Made by a program: the position numbers and the translations under genes. From Epiperipatus broadwayi (taxonomy: Eukaryota > Animalia > Onychophora): a DNA stretch of 64,000 bases. The stretch covers positions 7,440,001 to 7,504,000 of the forward strand of contig JAQFVV010000003.1 in the NCBI GenBank assembly GCA_028023455.1. Reading direction: 5' to 3'. Under the pieces are notes generated by a model. It did no database searches. It saw only the letters and a list, made by a program, of their open reading frames with translations, and was not told where the DNA came from. Shown piece after piece: positions 53,057 through 64,000 of this stretch. The first letter of the stretch is position 1. Each line of letters opens with the position of its first letter.

Positions 53057-53111
53057 TTAAAACAGACAAAACTGTCTATACAGTAGAAATGGTGATCATG
53101 AGATGTTTAGT
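53057..53111. mobile_element. 55-bp inverted mini-insertion of hammerhead family A with 14-bp TSD
   Basis: TSD GATCTTGATTGTTA at 53043-53056 and 53112-53125. The insert is TTAAAACAGACAAAACTGTCTATAC (family A, one orientation) plus AGAAATGGTGATCATGAGATGTTTA (family A, opposite orientation). Confidence 0.85.
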
Positions 53112-53503
53112 GATCTTGATTGTTAATTGAAACTGTAAATTGATTTGATTAAAACTTTAAAAAACTCAGTGCTAATATATTTTTCCATTTCTTTTGAATG
53201 TCAATGTTTGATTTATTTATCATAAAACAGCATAGCATGGTAGTTGGATAAAAGGGGACTAATTTTTATCCAACTGATAAAGTAACAATGATACAGAAAA
53301 GAGGGCATTATTTATAAGTTTATTAAAATGACTAAATAAACTGATTTGTAAATTATTATGATATAAGCATTCATAGTTGCTCTATGAATAACATTATATA
53401 TTTTCATTGTTAAGCAAAACTCACTATACATATTACTAGAGTAATCAATGGATGCCAGAAGGCTTGTGCATAAAATCCCTATCTATTGCCTACTCATCCA
53501 ACA

Positions 53504-53545
53504 TCCCCGGACTAGTTTCTGGCTTGTGGCCTTCATCAGTGAGGA
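53504..53545 (-). ncRNA. Type I minimal hammerhead motif, family A, complete catalytic core (TRMU sense strand)
   Basis: TCCTCA-CTGATGA-A-GGC-CACAA-GCC-A-GAAA-CTAG-TC|CGGGGA. Only the first helix I pair is mismatched (A-C). Confidence 0.85.
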
Positions 53546-54237
53546 GCCTTGGATATGAAAGCACTGCACCTAGATCTTAGAATCTAATGCAACCCTCCAG
53601 CAACCACTTTTTATCTCTACTTATCTACAAAACTATGAGTCATAAATTGAAAACATCTTAATATTTTCAATCCAAGCTCATCAGCTTATATAGTCGTACA
53701 AGTCTGAAGTCAGTTCAGTACCCATATATTTTGGTGTCTTTGGTTCTTTAATAACCATAGCCACCACTATCCTATTAGGCAGAATTGGGTTTAAGCCAAT
53801 AAACATCACATGGTCACCATTTCTTATGCTTGCTTATAACTGTTATTAAAACAGGCAAAACTCACTATACATATTGCCACTCACTGCAAGCTAGAGTAAT
53901 CAATGGATGCCAGAAGGCTTGTGCATAAAATCCCCATCTAGTTCCTACTCATCCAATATCCCCAGACTAGAAATGGTGATCATATAATGTTTATTGGCTT
54001 AAAACCAATCCTGCCTAATAGGACAGTGATGGCTATGGTTATTAAAGTACCAAAGACACCAAAATGTATGGGTACTGAACTGAGTTCAGACCTATATAAG
54101 CTGATGAGCTTGGATTGAAAATTAAGATGTTTTCAATTTAAGACTTATAGTTTTGTAGTTAAGTAGAGATAAAAGGTGGCTACTGGAGGGTTGCATTAGA
54201 TCCTAAGATCTAGGTGCAGTGCTCTCAGATCAAAGGC

Positions 54238-54279
54238 TCCTCACTGATGGAGGCCACAAGCCAGAAATTAATCTGGGGA
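54238..54279 (+). ncRNA. Type I minimal hammerhead motif, family A (A9 to G variant)
   Basis: TCCTCA-CTGATGG-A-GGC-CACAA-GCC-A-GAAA-TTAA-TC|TGGGGA. Helix I is intact, and helix III is still palindromic (ATTAAT instead of ACTAGT). Confidence 0.75.
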
Positions 54280-54789
54280 TATTGGATGAGTAGGCACTAG
54301 ATGGGGATTTTATGCACAAGCCTTCTGGCATCCATTGATTACTCTAGCTTGCAGTGAGTGGCAATACGTATAGAGAGTTTTGCCTGTTTTAATAACAATT
54401 ATAAGCAAGCATAAGAAATGGTGATCATGTGATGATTATATTTTCATTGCTATGTATTTAATAGCCCTAGTTGATTTAAGTGCTTAAAAATAATTAGAAT
54501 ATAATAAATAATATATGTTTATATAATTTGAATATCCTAATAGTTTTATAGTTTTAAAAATCGAGATTAATATTAATTAATGATGAGTTAAGATTACTTT
54601 TTTTAAAAAAATCATTTTATTTAATCATTGATCTATTACAATGAATAATTTTACATTTTAATTTCATAAAAGAAAAAAATTGACATTTATTTACATTTCA
54701 ATTAATCTTTAACATCATATTTTAAACAATCTGAAAAGAAAATCATGTCATAAAGAGTTTGTTTAGAACTTTTGTTACACACTCAGCAC

Positions 54790-57089
54790 TTGTGTCTTTG
54801 ACCTACAACTACATGAAATATTTTTTTCTTGAAACGTCCTGCATGGTCCAAATGGACACACTGTCAAGCAGTTCTTAGCAGGTAAATTAACTGTACTGTG
54901 ACATGCATGACACTTTTACATGGTCTGCTCAATGTCACCATTCAATTCTGGCCACTAAACATACAAGCATACTAACTCCTTCATACTTGATACCAGGATG
55001 CCTCTTATGTAGTAAATATAGGATGCTTTTCCTGGTCCGTCATCAAAATGCAATTTTTACATGTTGATAAATTTCCTTGAGCATTCCATATACCTGGTCA
55101 TTTAAATGGCCATCCATATTTTATCCATCTTTTGATGACAAGATAATTTTTATTCCTATCTGTTTACTTGGCTATGACTGCATTATTAATATTGTCTAGT
55201 TTTACTACATCTATATAATTAATCTCATATACTAAAGATTTTTGTGCCTTTTGTTCCCTCCTCTTCTTGACTTATTATTTGATGGTAAATCAACTTTAAG
55301 TGGTTGATGGTTTTATTGCAAAGCTTTAATAAATGGCCTGTCAATCTGCAACGATAACATTTGTATTTTTTAAAATAACAGATTTTTTTAAATATGGCCT
55401 TTCTTTCTGCAGCAATGACATTTCATTTTTATTGTAGCCATTTTATCACGTCTAATATTTATTCCATAAGATTTAAACCAACTTCTTCCTAGTATTGGCT
55501 TAATGTTTCATTCCACCATGTATAATGGTAATTGTTTTGTATGGCTATTTACTTGTACAGGCACTATAACCATTCCTCTAATTGTTATCTGGTTACCGTT
55601 TATGGCTGATGCTATCACCCTAGACTTTTATGTTTGCCTATTTACAAATCAAATCCAGTCTTTCCACAATATTAATGATATGCCAGTCCTACTATTAATC
55701 TCCATTTGCATATTCTGATTGAAGATTTTGACATTTAATTTTGTCACTTCATCAGTATCTTTTAATTTATTTACAAATGTCAACTTTTTAGACAGTCTTT
55801 CCCTCGATTTACTCTTTTGTTGTAAATCCTGTTTTGTCATTCATCACTTACAGAAATTTGACAAATAATCTTTAAGTCTGCAATTAAAACATCTTTTTGT
55901 TTTAAATCTGCAATTAAGTCTTAAATGTCCTGTTTTTCCACAACAATAACAAGTAGAGGGGTTCATTGTTAACTTCTTTCTTATCTCTCGTGGTTTTCCA
56001 CATTTATATTCGTTTCTGAAAATCATTCTCTTTCGCATTTCTGAAATTTGCATATGGTCTAACATGGCTTCATAAGGTAAAGCTCATTCAATAACAACCT
56101 TATATATTAATTCCTTCTTGCTTAGCAATATTTCTATAAGCTTTACTTCTCTTATTTCCCATAGTAATTGATCTAGTAGCATTTTGTTGGATAAAATTGT
56201 TGAATTCACAATTCTTTGCTAACATTTGTAGGACCAAATGAAATTCATGTATATTTTCTCTTTGTGACTGCATTTTCCCTTGAAAGCGAAGACTGCCATA
56301 AATTTCAATGTTATGCATTTGAAATATGCATTTAGTTTTATAAGTAACTCTTCATAGGGTATTTGCTTGGGATCACAAATGATTTGTCACATTCAAGACA
56401 TCTTTGCTGGACATCCGTAAGAGTGTTGCAACTCTAAGTTTATTCTGTTATTCCATTCATAAGCATGTACTTTTCAGTATGATTCATATATATTTGTCAT
56501 TCACCCAGATTTTGTATATCAAACATTGTCATGTTATTCTGCATTTTCAATTCACTGCACCACTAAATCTAATATCTCCAACAATACTTATAAGTTTCAC
56601 AGGTTGACTGTTGATTTGTGCCAAATAATATATCGAGGCTTCACAACATTTTAGTTGTTTACTGTGCCAGATAATATATCCGGGCCAAGCAGTCAGTTGG
56701 CAGCTGAATAAATATAATTGTTAATAATGAAAAACAACAAATGTTAATAAAACTTCAAGAATTTATTTACTCTGAATAATAATAACAGATATTAGTAGTT
56801 TAACTTGCTGATTTTCTAGATGAGTGTAAGATCACTTAGATCTCTTCAAAGTTCATATCTCCTTAGACATATATAAAGTCTCTTTATTTCTATAGTTTAT
56901 AACTCTACATTTCTTTAACTTTATTTCTATAAGCAGCGTATTACTCACGCACATTATATCAGAGCTAATCCAAATAGATTCTTGACTAGAGCTCTTCTTT
57001 GTTAATTCCAGAACAATTTCACTTCACTAGTTTAACTTTCCACTAGTTTACTTTTTATTCTTCTTCCTGTTTCACTTCTCACAATGACA
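54790..57089 (-). mobile_element. Gypsy LTR retrotransposon remnant: probable 5' LTR (56719-57089), gag with two Zn knuckles, protease and integrase HHCC region; RT/RNase H missing
   Basis: CYCCGKTGHLRLNCRFKTKRCFNCRLKDYLSNFC; protease MEINSRTGISLI...ILGRSW; integrase HPGI...MKELV..YV*WPELNGDIEQTM*KCHAC. LTR candidate TGTCATTG...ATTAACA. Confidence 0.85.
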
Positions 57090-58567
57090 CACTGTTTAAT
57101 TCTTGTGCAGACTTTAAACTTTTCTTAGCATGTAAATTAATCTGTTGCTATTTTCAGTAAGTTTCATTTCCTTTCTGCATAATTAATTTAATTGTTTCTA
57201 CTTTGCAGTATTTTAGCATATTTTTAATAAGAGCTTGCACACACACCTTTATTTATCCTTTAATAAATAAAATATACTTGTATGTGCACACCAGATGATT
57301 TGTCAATGATAGATGAAAAAAAAAATAGTTTGACAAATAACAGATCCATATTTGTATAATAATATGTGTTTTTTTGGATGTGATTTCAGAGTAAATTAAA
57401 GCAAATGATAAATCAAGAGATGATACCATATATGTCAAAAATATCAAAGATAAAACTGCAATTAGTTTATAAATGAGGCTATTAAAATATAAAGTAGTTA
57501 ATTCATTATCAAATTTGTATAGCTAAACAAACAAGTTGGCCAGAAATTAAAACCTCAAGACATTTAAACATTTCAAACGATTACCTCAAAATATATAAGT
57601 AAAAAGTAGCTATTGGATTGCTAAAATACAGTTTCCAGTGCTTCTTATCAGAGAAGTCAATAAACAAAACTGTCAAGATTTATTTTGGAAATGCAACTTA
57701 CAGAGATAGGCAAAAAAGATTATTGCTTTTAAATATGTATGTATAGTCTGTAGTGATAGTGTCTCATCTGTCAACTGTGTATTACAACAGGGCACTAATA
57801 ACCTGCAGTAGCAGAATACATGACATTAGTTCTATAAAGCTATTTTGTGAAAATAATGTAGTGATTAATTTTATTGGTAAACTCAAAGTGAAACTCTACT
57901 AATTTCATTAAAATTCGTATAGCTCATTTAGGAATTTAGCTTCTAAGAAGTCTGGAAAAAAGATATCATAACATCATTTAATTTTTAAATTATTTGTTAG
58001 ATATTTTTTAATATTCAAATATATATATATACATGGCCAAAAGATATAAATATCAGTACTAAGCATGACTTCATTAATTTATATTGACCAAAACTGTGAT
58101 ATCTTTATTTGCATTTTAAAAGTCAAAAATGCAAATAACGAGTAAAATGTTATAAAAGATATGTCACCAGTATTTGCCACCCTCTTGTTAAAGATAATTA
58201 TAGTTAGCTTAAACCAAAGCAATAAAATATATAAAAGTTGATCTAGTATTAAATCTGTATAATAATACAACCAAGTTGTGTCACTGTAGAACTTTTTGTA
58301 CCATTGGCTATAATAATAGGATAAAGAATTAAAAATTGTTACTCTACGGATAGAATGAAAATCAATATCCTCCATCTAAAGAAAGTCAAACAAGTATAAT
58401 TAATTGCAATAGTTGTTATACTACCATCTAGTATCCACTGAAAAAAGTGATGTCCTTATAGATTTTTTGCTTTTTAAAGTAAATATAATTAGAATTAGTC
58501 ATAGTTGCATCTGCCATTAATAACAGTAAAACATCTATTTATTAATATTGTATAGCCAACTGGGTTC

Positions 58568-58627
58568 GCTCAATATATTTAAGAATTCTTCAGCAATGCT
58601 CAATATATTTACGAATTCTTCAGCAAC
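58568..58627. repeat. 30-bp tandem duplication
   Basis: GCTCAATATATTTA(A/C)GAATTCTTCAGCAA(T/C), two copies. Confidence 0.95.
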
Positions 58628-60753
58628 TTAAAATTTTTTTAATTCTATGCATGATTCATATCCAGGTCATGGACATCACATTGTAATGTATTTAACTTTT
58701 TATCCTACCAGATCCATAAATATACATCTGTGATGCATATGTGTATGTAAAGGGTTTAATTGAGTAGAAGTTAGCATATTTGCCCAAAAAAAAGCTTGAG
58801 ATTTAAATCTGTGGGAAGTATGAAATCTTTTTCAATAATAGTTATCCTATAACTATGCAGTTATTGGAAGATAAATTAGTATCCAATTATCCTTAAGTAG
58901 AAGTAAAACTTTTGAAAAAAAACTTTCATGGTGTCTTTTTCTTCACTATTCTACCAACATAACTTGGATATATACCATTTGAAAAACCTTCTATAAAGAT
59001 ACTAATATATTTCATTATTTTTGTTAAACATTTATTGTAAAATTGATATTACCATATCAGTATTATTTATAATGCATTATTATTTTTATTATGTATGCCT
59101 TAACAATATTAGTATTTTTACATGTTTTGTAAAAATAAATGCATTATTATTTTTTAAAATTTTGTTTTAAAATTGTTTTTGATAAAAAAAAAATTTTTTT
59201 TTGGGGGGAGGGGGGATATAAATACAAGGCACTTTTTTAAAAAACAAAACAAACTTATATGATGGTAAGAAAATTAATAATCATCTTTAAATAAAAAATT
59301 AAAAAATTCTCAGAAAATTCATTATCTAAATGTGAATATTACAAAAATATTATTTAAATCACTCTTCAAAAATAAAAAAAAATGGAATTTAGAGGGACAA
59401 ACTTGATAAAAAAGTTTTAAACAATAGATTTTAAATATTATATATTTATTTTAATCATTTTTTTTAGAAGGCTAATAATGCTTTTAATAAGAAAATTTTT
59501 AATCATTAAAGAGGAAATCAATCTCTGACAATACGGTATTTTTTTAATATTATAAATCTCCGTGCACTCACCCACCAATGTGAGTTTTAAAAACTTGTGA
59601 ATCACTTAAGATTAAAGCATATCTATATATATATATCAACTCTTACTGATCATGCTTATATCAGGGTTTGAGTCTCTTATGTTCCTGATGTTATAATCAA
59701 TTATTGAATTGTATAAATTTAGTTATCCTATCACAGAAAGAAGACAGAGTCTCATTTTTAAAACATTTATGATAAAACTTATATGACTTATAAATGTAAA
59801 TCTATTATTGTAAAGCGTGGAAATTTATAATATTCAAAAAATAGTGCATTATCCGAGGTTAATTTCCTCTTTAATAATTACAAATTTTCAGCACTTTATA
59901 ACAAGAAAATTTTTGTATTTTCTCTACATTTCTAATAAATATAAAACAGGGTATTCCAGAAATCAAACCTCACAAGATTAATGTAAATTGTTATACAAAA
60001 TGTATAAGGGTAAGAAAGAATGAATACAAATAATTCTATTCAGAGGAAGTTGAAGCCAAAGAGAAATACTGCAAAATTACATTTCATCCAGACTGCCAAG
60101 CTTATAACACAAAGTTATAGTTATAAAGACTTCTTGCAATATCAAAATGTGGTAGATCTTCAAAAAATCCATTGACAATATGGCTGTCCTTGTAAAAAGT
60201 CTTTTCACTGCTATTTCAAAAAATATATGTTGAAAAATCATTTATTATGTATTTAAGTTTTACAAAGGTCAGCTTGCATGAAAATTAAGCAATGATAATA
60301 CTTTAAAAAATTTATGCAGCAGCAAATTACTGAGGCAGCAATATTATACGTTTATTGATTGCATAAAGCATCTAAATTTGTTTACTATGAATAATGATGA
60401 ACAACTGTGCAAGTTCTGTAAATAAAAGCTTTTTAAATTTGATATTGAATTTATGAGTGTATATAGGTACTGCCATTTTTATTTAATTTGTTATTGCTTA
60501 GTATTCAATATTAATTGTAAAATATTTTGCTCCAACACTCTTTTCTTAATGAATTCTTAATATTTTTATACTATGAGAATTTATAAAGTACTTTTTTTAA
60601 GATCACAATAATCATATTATAGCAGAAATCTCTATTTATAACACAATAAACAATGTGAAAGAAAGTTCAACCTATTGAAGAAACTCTACCAAAGACATTT
60701 ACTATCATTGTATAACCTATTATACATCTTTTTTCAACTCAAAACTATATTAC

Positions 60754-60938
60754 CTTTTCTTTCATCATAATGCTGCCAATCTTCACCATAACTGGTTCGA
60801 GCATAGTGTCCTGTAGCAATAGCTTCAGCTCCTAAATGTTTAGTGGCATGCTTGAAAAATGCATCAAATTTGATGTATTTGTTACAGAGAATATCTGGAT
60901 TTGGTGTCAATCCTGATTGATACTCAGTCATCAAATTC
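60754..60938 (-). CDS. TRMU: TRMU coding exon, (T)[61 protein letters not shown](G)
   Basis: Acceptor ctttataag|G, donor G|gtaata; 185 nt; phase matches the previous exon across a 78-nt intron. Contains TPNPDxxCN (catalytic Cys) and ATGHYA. Confidence 0.98.
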
Positions 60939-61016
60939 CTTATAAAGAAAAAAAAAAATCAATAAAATTTTATTAAAAGTTAGTAAACTAATTTAAAAAC
61001 TATATTTATAGCTTAC

Positions 61017-61182
61017 GTAAACACATCATTCCAATATTCTTTGACAAAGTTAACTTGATAAAGCGGAATATCAATTTTTTTACACACCCACTTAGCATCT
61101 TCTAATTCTGTATCAGCGTAACATTTTCCTGTTTCATCCATCAAATCCCAATTCTTCATAAAAACACCAGCTACATTATACC
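61017..61182 (-). CDS. TRMU: TRMU/MnmA coding exon (most 5' exon in window), (G)[54 protein letters not shown](T)
   Basis: Acceptor ttttaacag|GG, donor AC|gtaagc; 166 nt. Translation has the MnmA motifs GVFMKNWD and KEYWNDVF. The SGGVDS PP-loop exon was not found between 61183 and 64000, so it is presumably outside the window. Confidence 0.97.
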
Positions 61183-64000
61183 CTGTTAAAAAATAATAAT
61201 TTTTCCTGAAATGTTTCTGTTATTATAAATTATTTATAAACATCCAATATATATATATATATATTGATATGATCAATGATCATTTCATAAGAGTCAGCGA
61301 ATAAAAAAGGTTTATTACAGCATAAGGTACTCATTCCTAATATTAGCAAAGCAAGAGAGAAAAATGGGGCCATTTAAATAAAATAAGAGAGCACACATTT
61401 AAGAAGCAAATAATTTATAATATTAATAAATAGATATGCTATGTCACATATATGTATATGTGTATATACATGTGCATAAAATATTCATTATTTACTTTTA
61501 AAAGAAAAGTTATAACTTTCCTTAAGTAAATAAAAAAAATCTCTAGTTTAGAGGAAGATTTTTTTAGAAAAAAAAATAAAAATAGTTGCAAAATTAATTA
61601 AGTACATTTAAAATATAATTTCTTAAAAATAATATAATTTAAGGTAATCTGTTAATTTTATAGCTAAGAAAACTCTTATTAGAAAATTATTTACATGGAA
61701 AAGCTGTAGAATTTGTTGAGTTTTTTTAAATTTTAATTAATTTTAAAATAATGTATCTGAGAAAAAAATGTAGAAAGAAATTACACTGGATGGATTAATC
61801 CTCTAGAACATGTGATTGATAATGATTATTTTTTAAAAAAGTTTATCATTAATTAACATTCTATATAATACTAAGGCATCCATGCTCTTTACTACTATTA
61901 CACAATGCTTTATTTACCACCCTCTTTTACAGTTTCAATTGCCCCAGCAATCTTCTTCAGAACTTTTTATATCTCCTAATTTTAACATTCTTTCAACAAT
62001 ATTTATAGCATAAATAGATTTGGATAAAATTTATAAATAGCTGATGTCTATTCTTCAATTGCATTTGTTATGAGGCTACTTTGGAAAACAAAAAACTTCC
62101 TTGGAAGTTTGAAGAGCAATGACAGGCTACTCCATCCTATGATTTACTTCTTAGACTGAGAGTGAACTTCATTTGGAAAGCTTATGAAATGTTCATTTCA
62201 CTACTATGACCATGGAATGTTTAATCTTTAATAGAAACTTAATGCTCTTGTGATCATGTTAAAATATAAAAAAAAAAATCTCACTGTCAAAACAACTTGA
62301 AAAACTATCAGAGCTCTGAAAAAAAAAAAAATTAAAAAAGAAGCCTGGTGTCCCTGTTTACAAACCTGCTTCTAATTTAAAACTGTAATTGAATGACAAA
62401 TTAGAATGCAATCCTTCATTAGTTCACATTATTAAAAAAAAAACTTAAATAGGAACTATACTAAGATTAGAATGAACTTTTAGTTTAAAAATCTATTGAA
62501 TATATTTTAATGAATTAATAACATGATTTATATAATTATATATATATACCTTTTAGGTATTAAATCAAACATTTTTTTTATATTTAAAAGTATTTTAAGG
62601 TGTCTCAAGTAATATTTAATCAATAAAATTATAGAATAAACTCTTTATAGATATTTATTAATAATTAAAGAGAACAAATAAAAAAATCGTATAAGTGTGT
62701 TAATAAGAGAGCTAGGAGTTTGAGCTACAAAATCTAAATCATCTTATTTTAAGGTATAGTAATAATTTTTCATAACTTTGTAATAGGACAAAGATTAGTT
62801 GACAGCATAACTGATCTGAACTGACAATTACTTTTAAGTTCATTCTTATGTGTCAAATGATCAAATGTTTTGCTATAACTTTATGAAATTTTATATGCAA
62901 GTAATTTTAGTGTATTTACTTATTTGAAGTTTATACAGATGTTAAGGCTGAGATGTGCACATATATAATTTTTATATAGAATCAATGTTAACATCAGCAT
63001 GAGTGCATTAATTTATTAAAGGTTTAAAGAAGGAATTCTGTTAATGATTCTGTTATACAATAGTATATCACGATTATATATACAGATGTTGAATTCCTGC
63101 AAAAGTTTAAAGTAATGATGATATTCATGCCAATTGCTTGCCATATTAATAATTTCATATATTACAAAAGAATCCTGGTGTACAATGATTTGTTTACTAA
63201 ATATTTATTATTGATTTAATGATTGCTTTTCTGGATTTATTTATGCACACACATGAATAGTGAATTGATGTTATTAGAAGATATGAATCACGTGTTGTTG
63301 TATACTGGTGATCAAAGTTCAAATAGCATCTGTCTGCCTACATTATTTTGTTACTGAGGATTTATGTGAATATAGTGTCATGACATGTTGTCATTATCTT
63401 CTTGTGAATAGCCAATTAAAATTATTAATGGATATTTATATAATTATTATTAATGATAAATCATAATGTATTGTTATACATAACATATATAGAATTTTAA
63501 GATGCTTACATGAATGGTTGACAGCTTTGTGCATACTAGGTCCTTGATTCCAATCCCTACCTAAAGATTTAACTCATATTTAAACTTGTATAAATTGATT
63601 AATCAGTCATTTGATATTGTGCACATTCATATCAAAGTGACACACTCAGAAATAATAATATTATAGAGATCAAGGAACTAATAAGAACTACTTCATATCT
63701 TGTATGCATTAAGCTCATCCTTGATAATAAAATGCATTTAAATGTTAAATATAAATTATAGTAAGATATTTCCTACTTGCACATTTTAGCCAATTTACAA
63801 ATACATACCTGTGTCAACTAGAAAATCAAATATCACAAAAAATATATAGCATATATGGATTATACAGGATATCAATGGTACCATTCATGAGAAAACAAAA
63901 AACCAATAACCAAAATCACCAACATAAGACCTATCTCAATGGAGCCTTTACGAATTAAACAGCTATGAAAAGTAATAAAGGTGAAAATTGAACCATTCAT

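Larger units (their letters stand above)
53410..54436. mobile_element. Family A composite insertion: ~1.3 tandem ~440-bp monomers on one strand plus one monomer and a ~25-bp tail on the other, 13-bp TSD
   Basis: TSD TATATTTTCATTG at 53397-53409 and 54437-54449. Tandem period about 441 bp (GCAAAACTCACTATA at 53414 and 53855). Inversion junction at AG 53969-53970. Confidence 0.95.

Noticed and set aside
54095-54150. Second CTGATGAG in the family A monomer, followed by a long hairpin
   Set aside because: No GAAA after the hairpin and no UH plus helix I in register, so it does not complete a hammerhead. It does not form a C/D snoRNA either.
58555-58630. Minus-strand CTGAAGA...GAGCGAAC inside the 30-bp duplication
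   Set aside because: GAAA is incomplete and helix I cannot form.

Overview
A very AT-rich animal (probably arthropod) genomic window lying entirely inside one minus-strand gene, TRMU/MTU1 (mitochondrial tRNA 2-thiouridylase, MnmA family). Seven coding exons (971 nt, all GT-AG, all phases compatible) span 3093-61182; the first and last exons appear to lie outside the window. The introns (78 nt to 19 kb) are full of decayed transposons: RTE LINEs, an esterase-ORF1 LINE, a Tx1/L1 end, Gypsy and LTR pieces, several hATs, a Tigger remnant and a young tRNA-derived SINE. The most striking signal is two unrelated non-coding repeat families, each carrying a minimal type I hammerhead ribozyme with a palindromic helix III. 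Family A (~440-bp monomer) occurs at 12.8-13.1 kb, 53.06-53.11 kb and 53.4-54.4 kb; two of these insertions have 13-14-bp target-site duplications and an inverted, twin-priming-like structure. Family B (~135-bp monomer, 43.2-43.8 kb) has a U3-A8 variant core. Both look like retrozymes or Penelope pseudo-LTR derivatives, and most ribozyme copies lie on the TRMU-transcribed strand. Also present are a near-perfect 79-bp-arm palindrome and a 1-kb G-depleted, deletion-riddled stretch inside an RTE copy. All calls were made by eye with no database search, and transposon boundaries are approximate unless a TSD or terminus is quoted.
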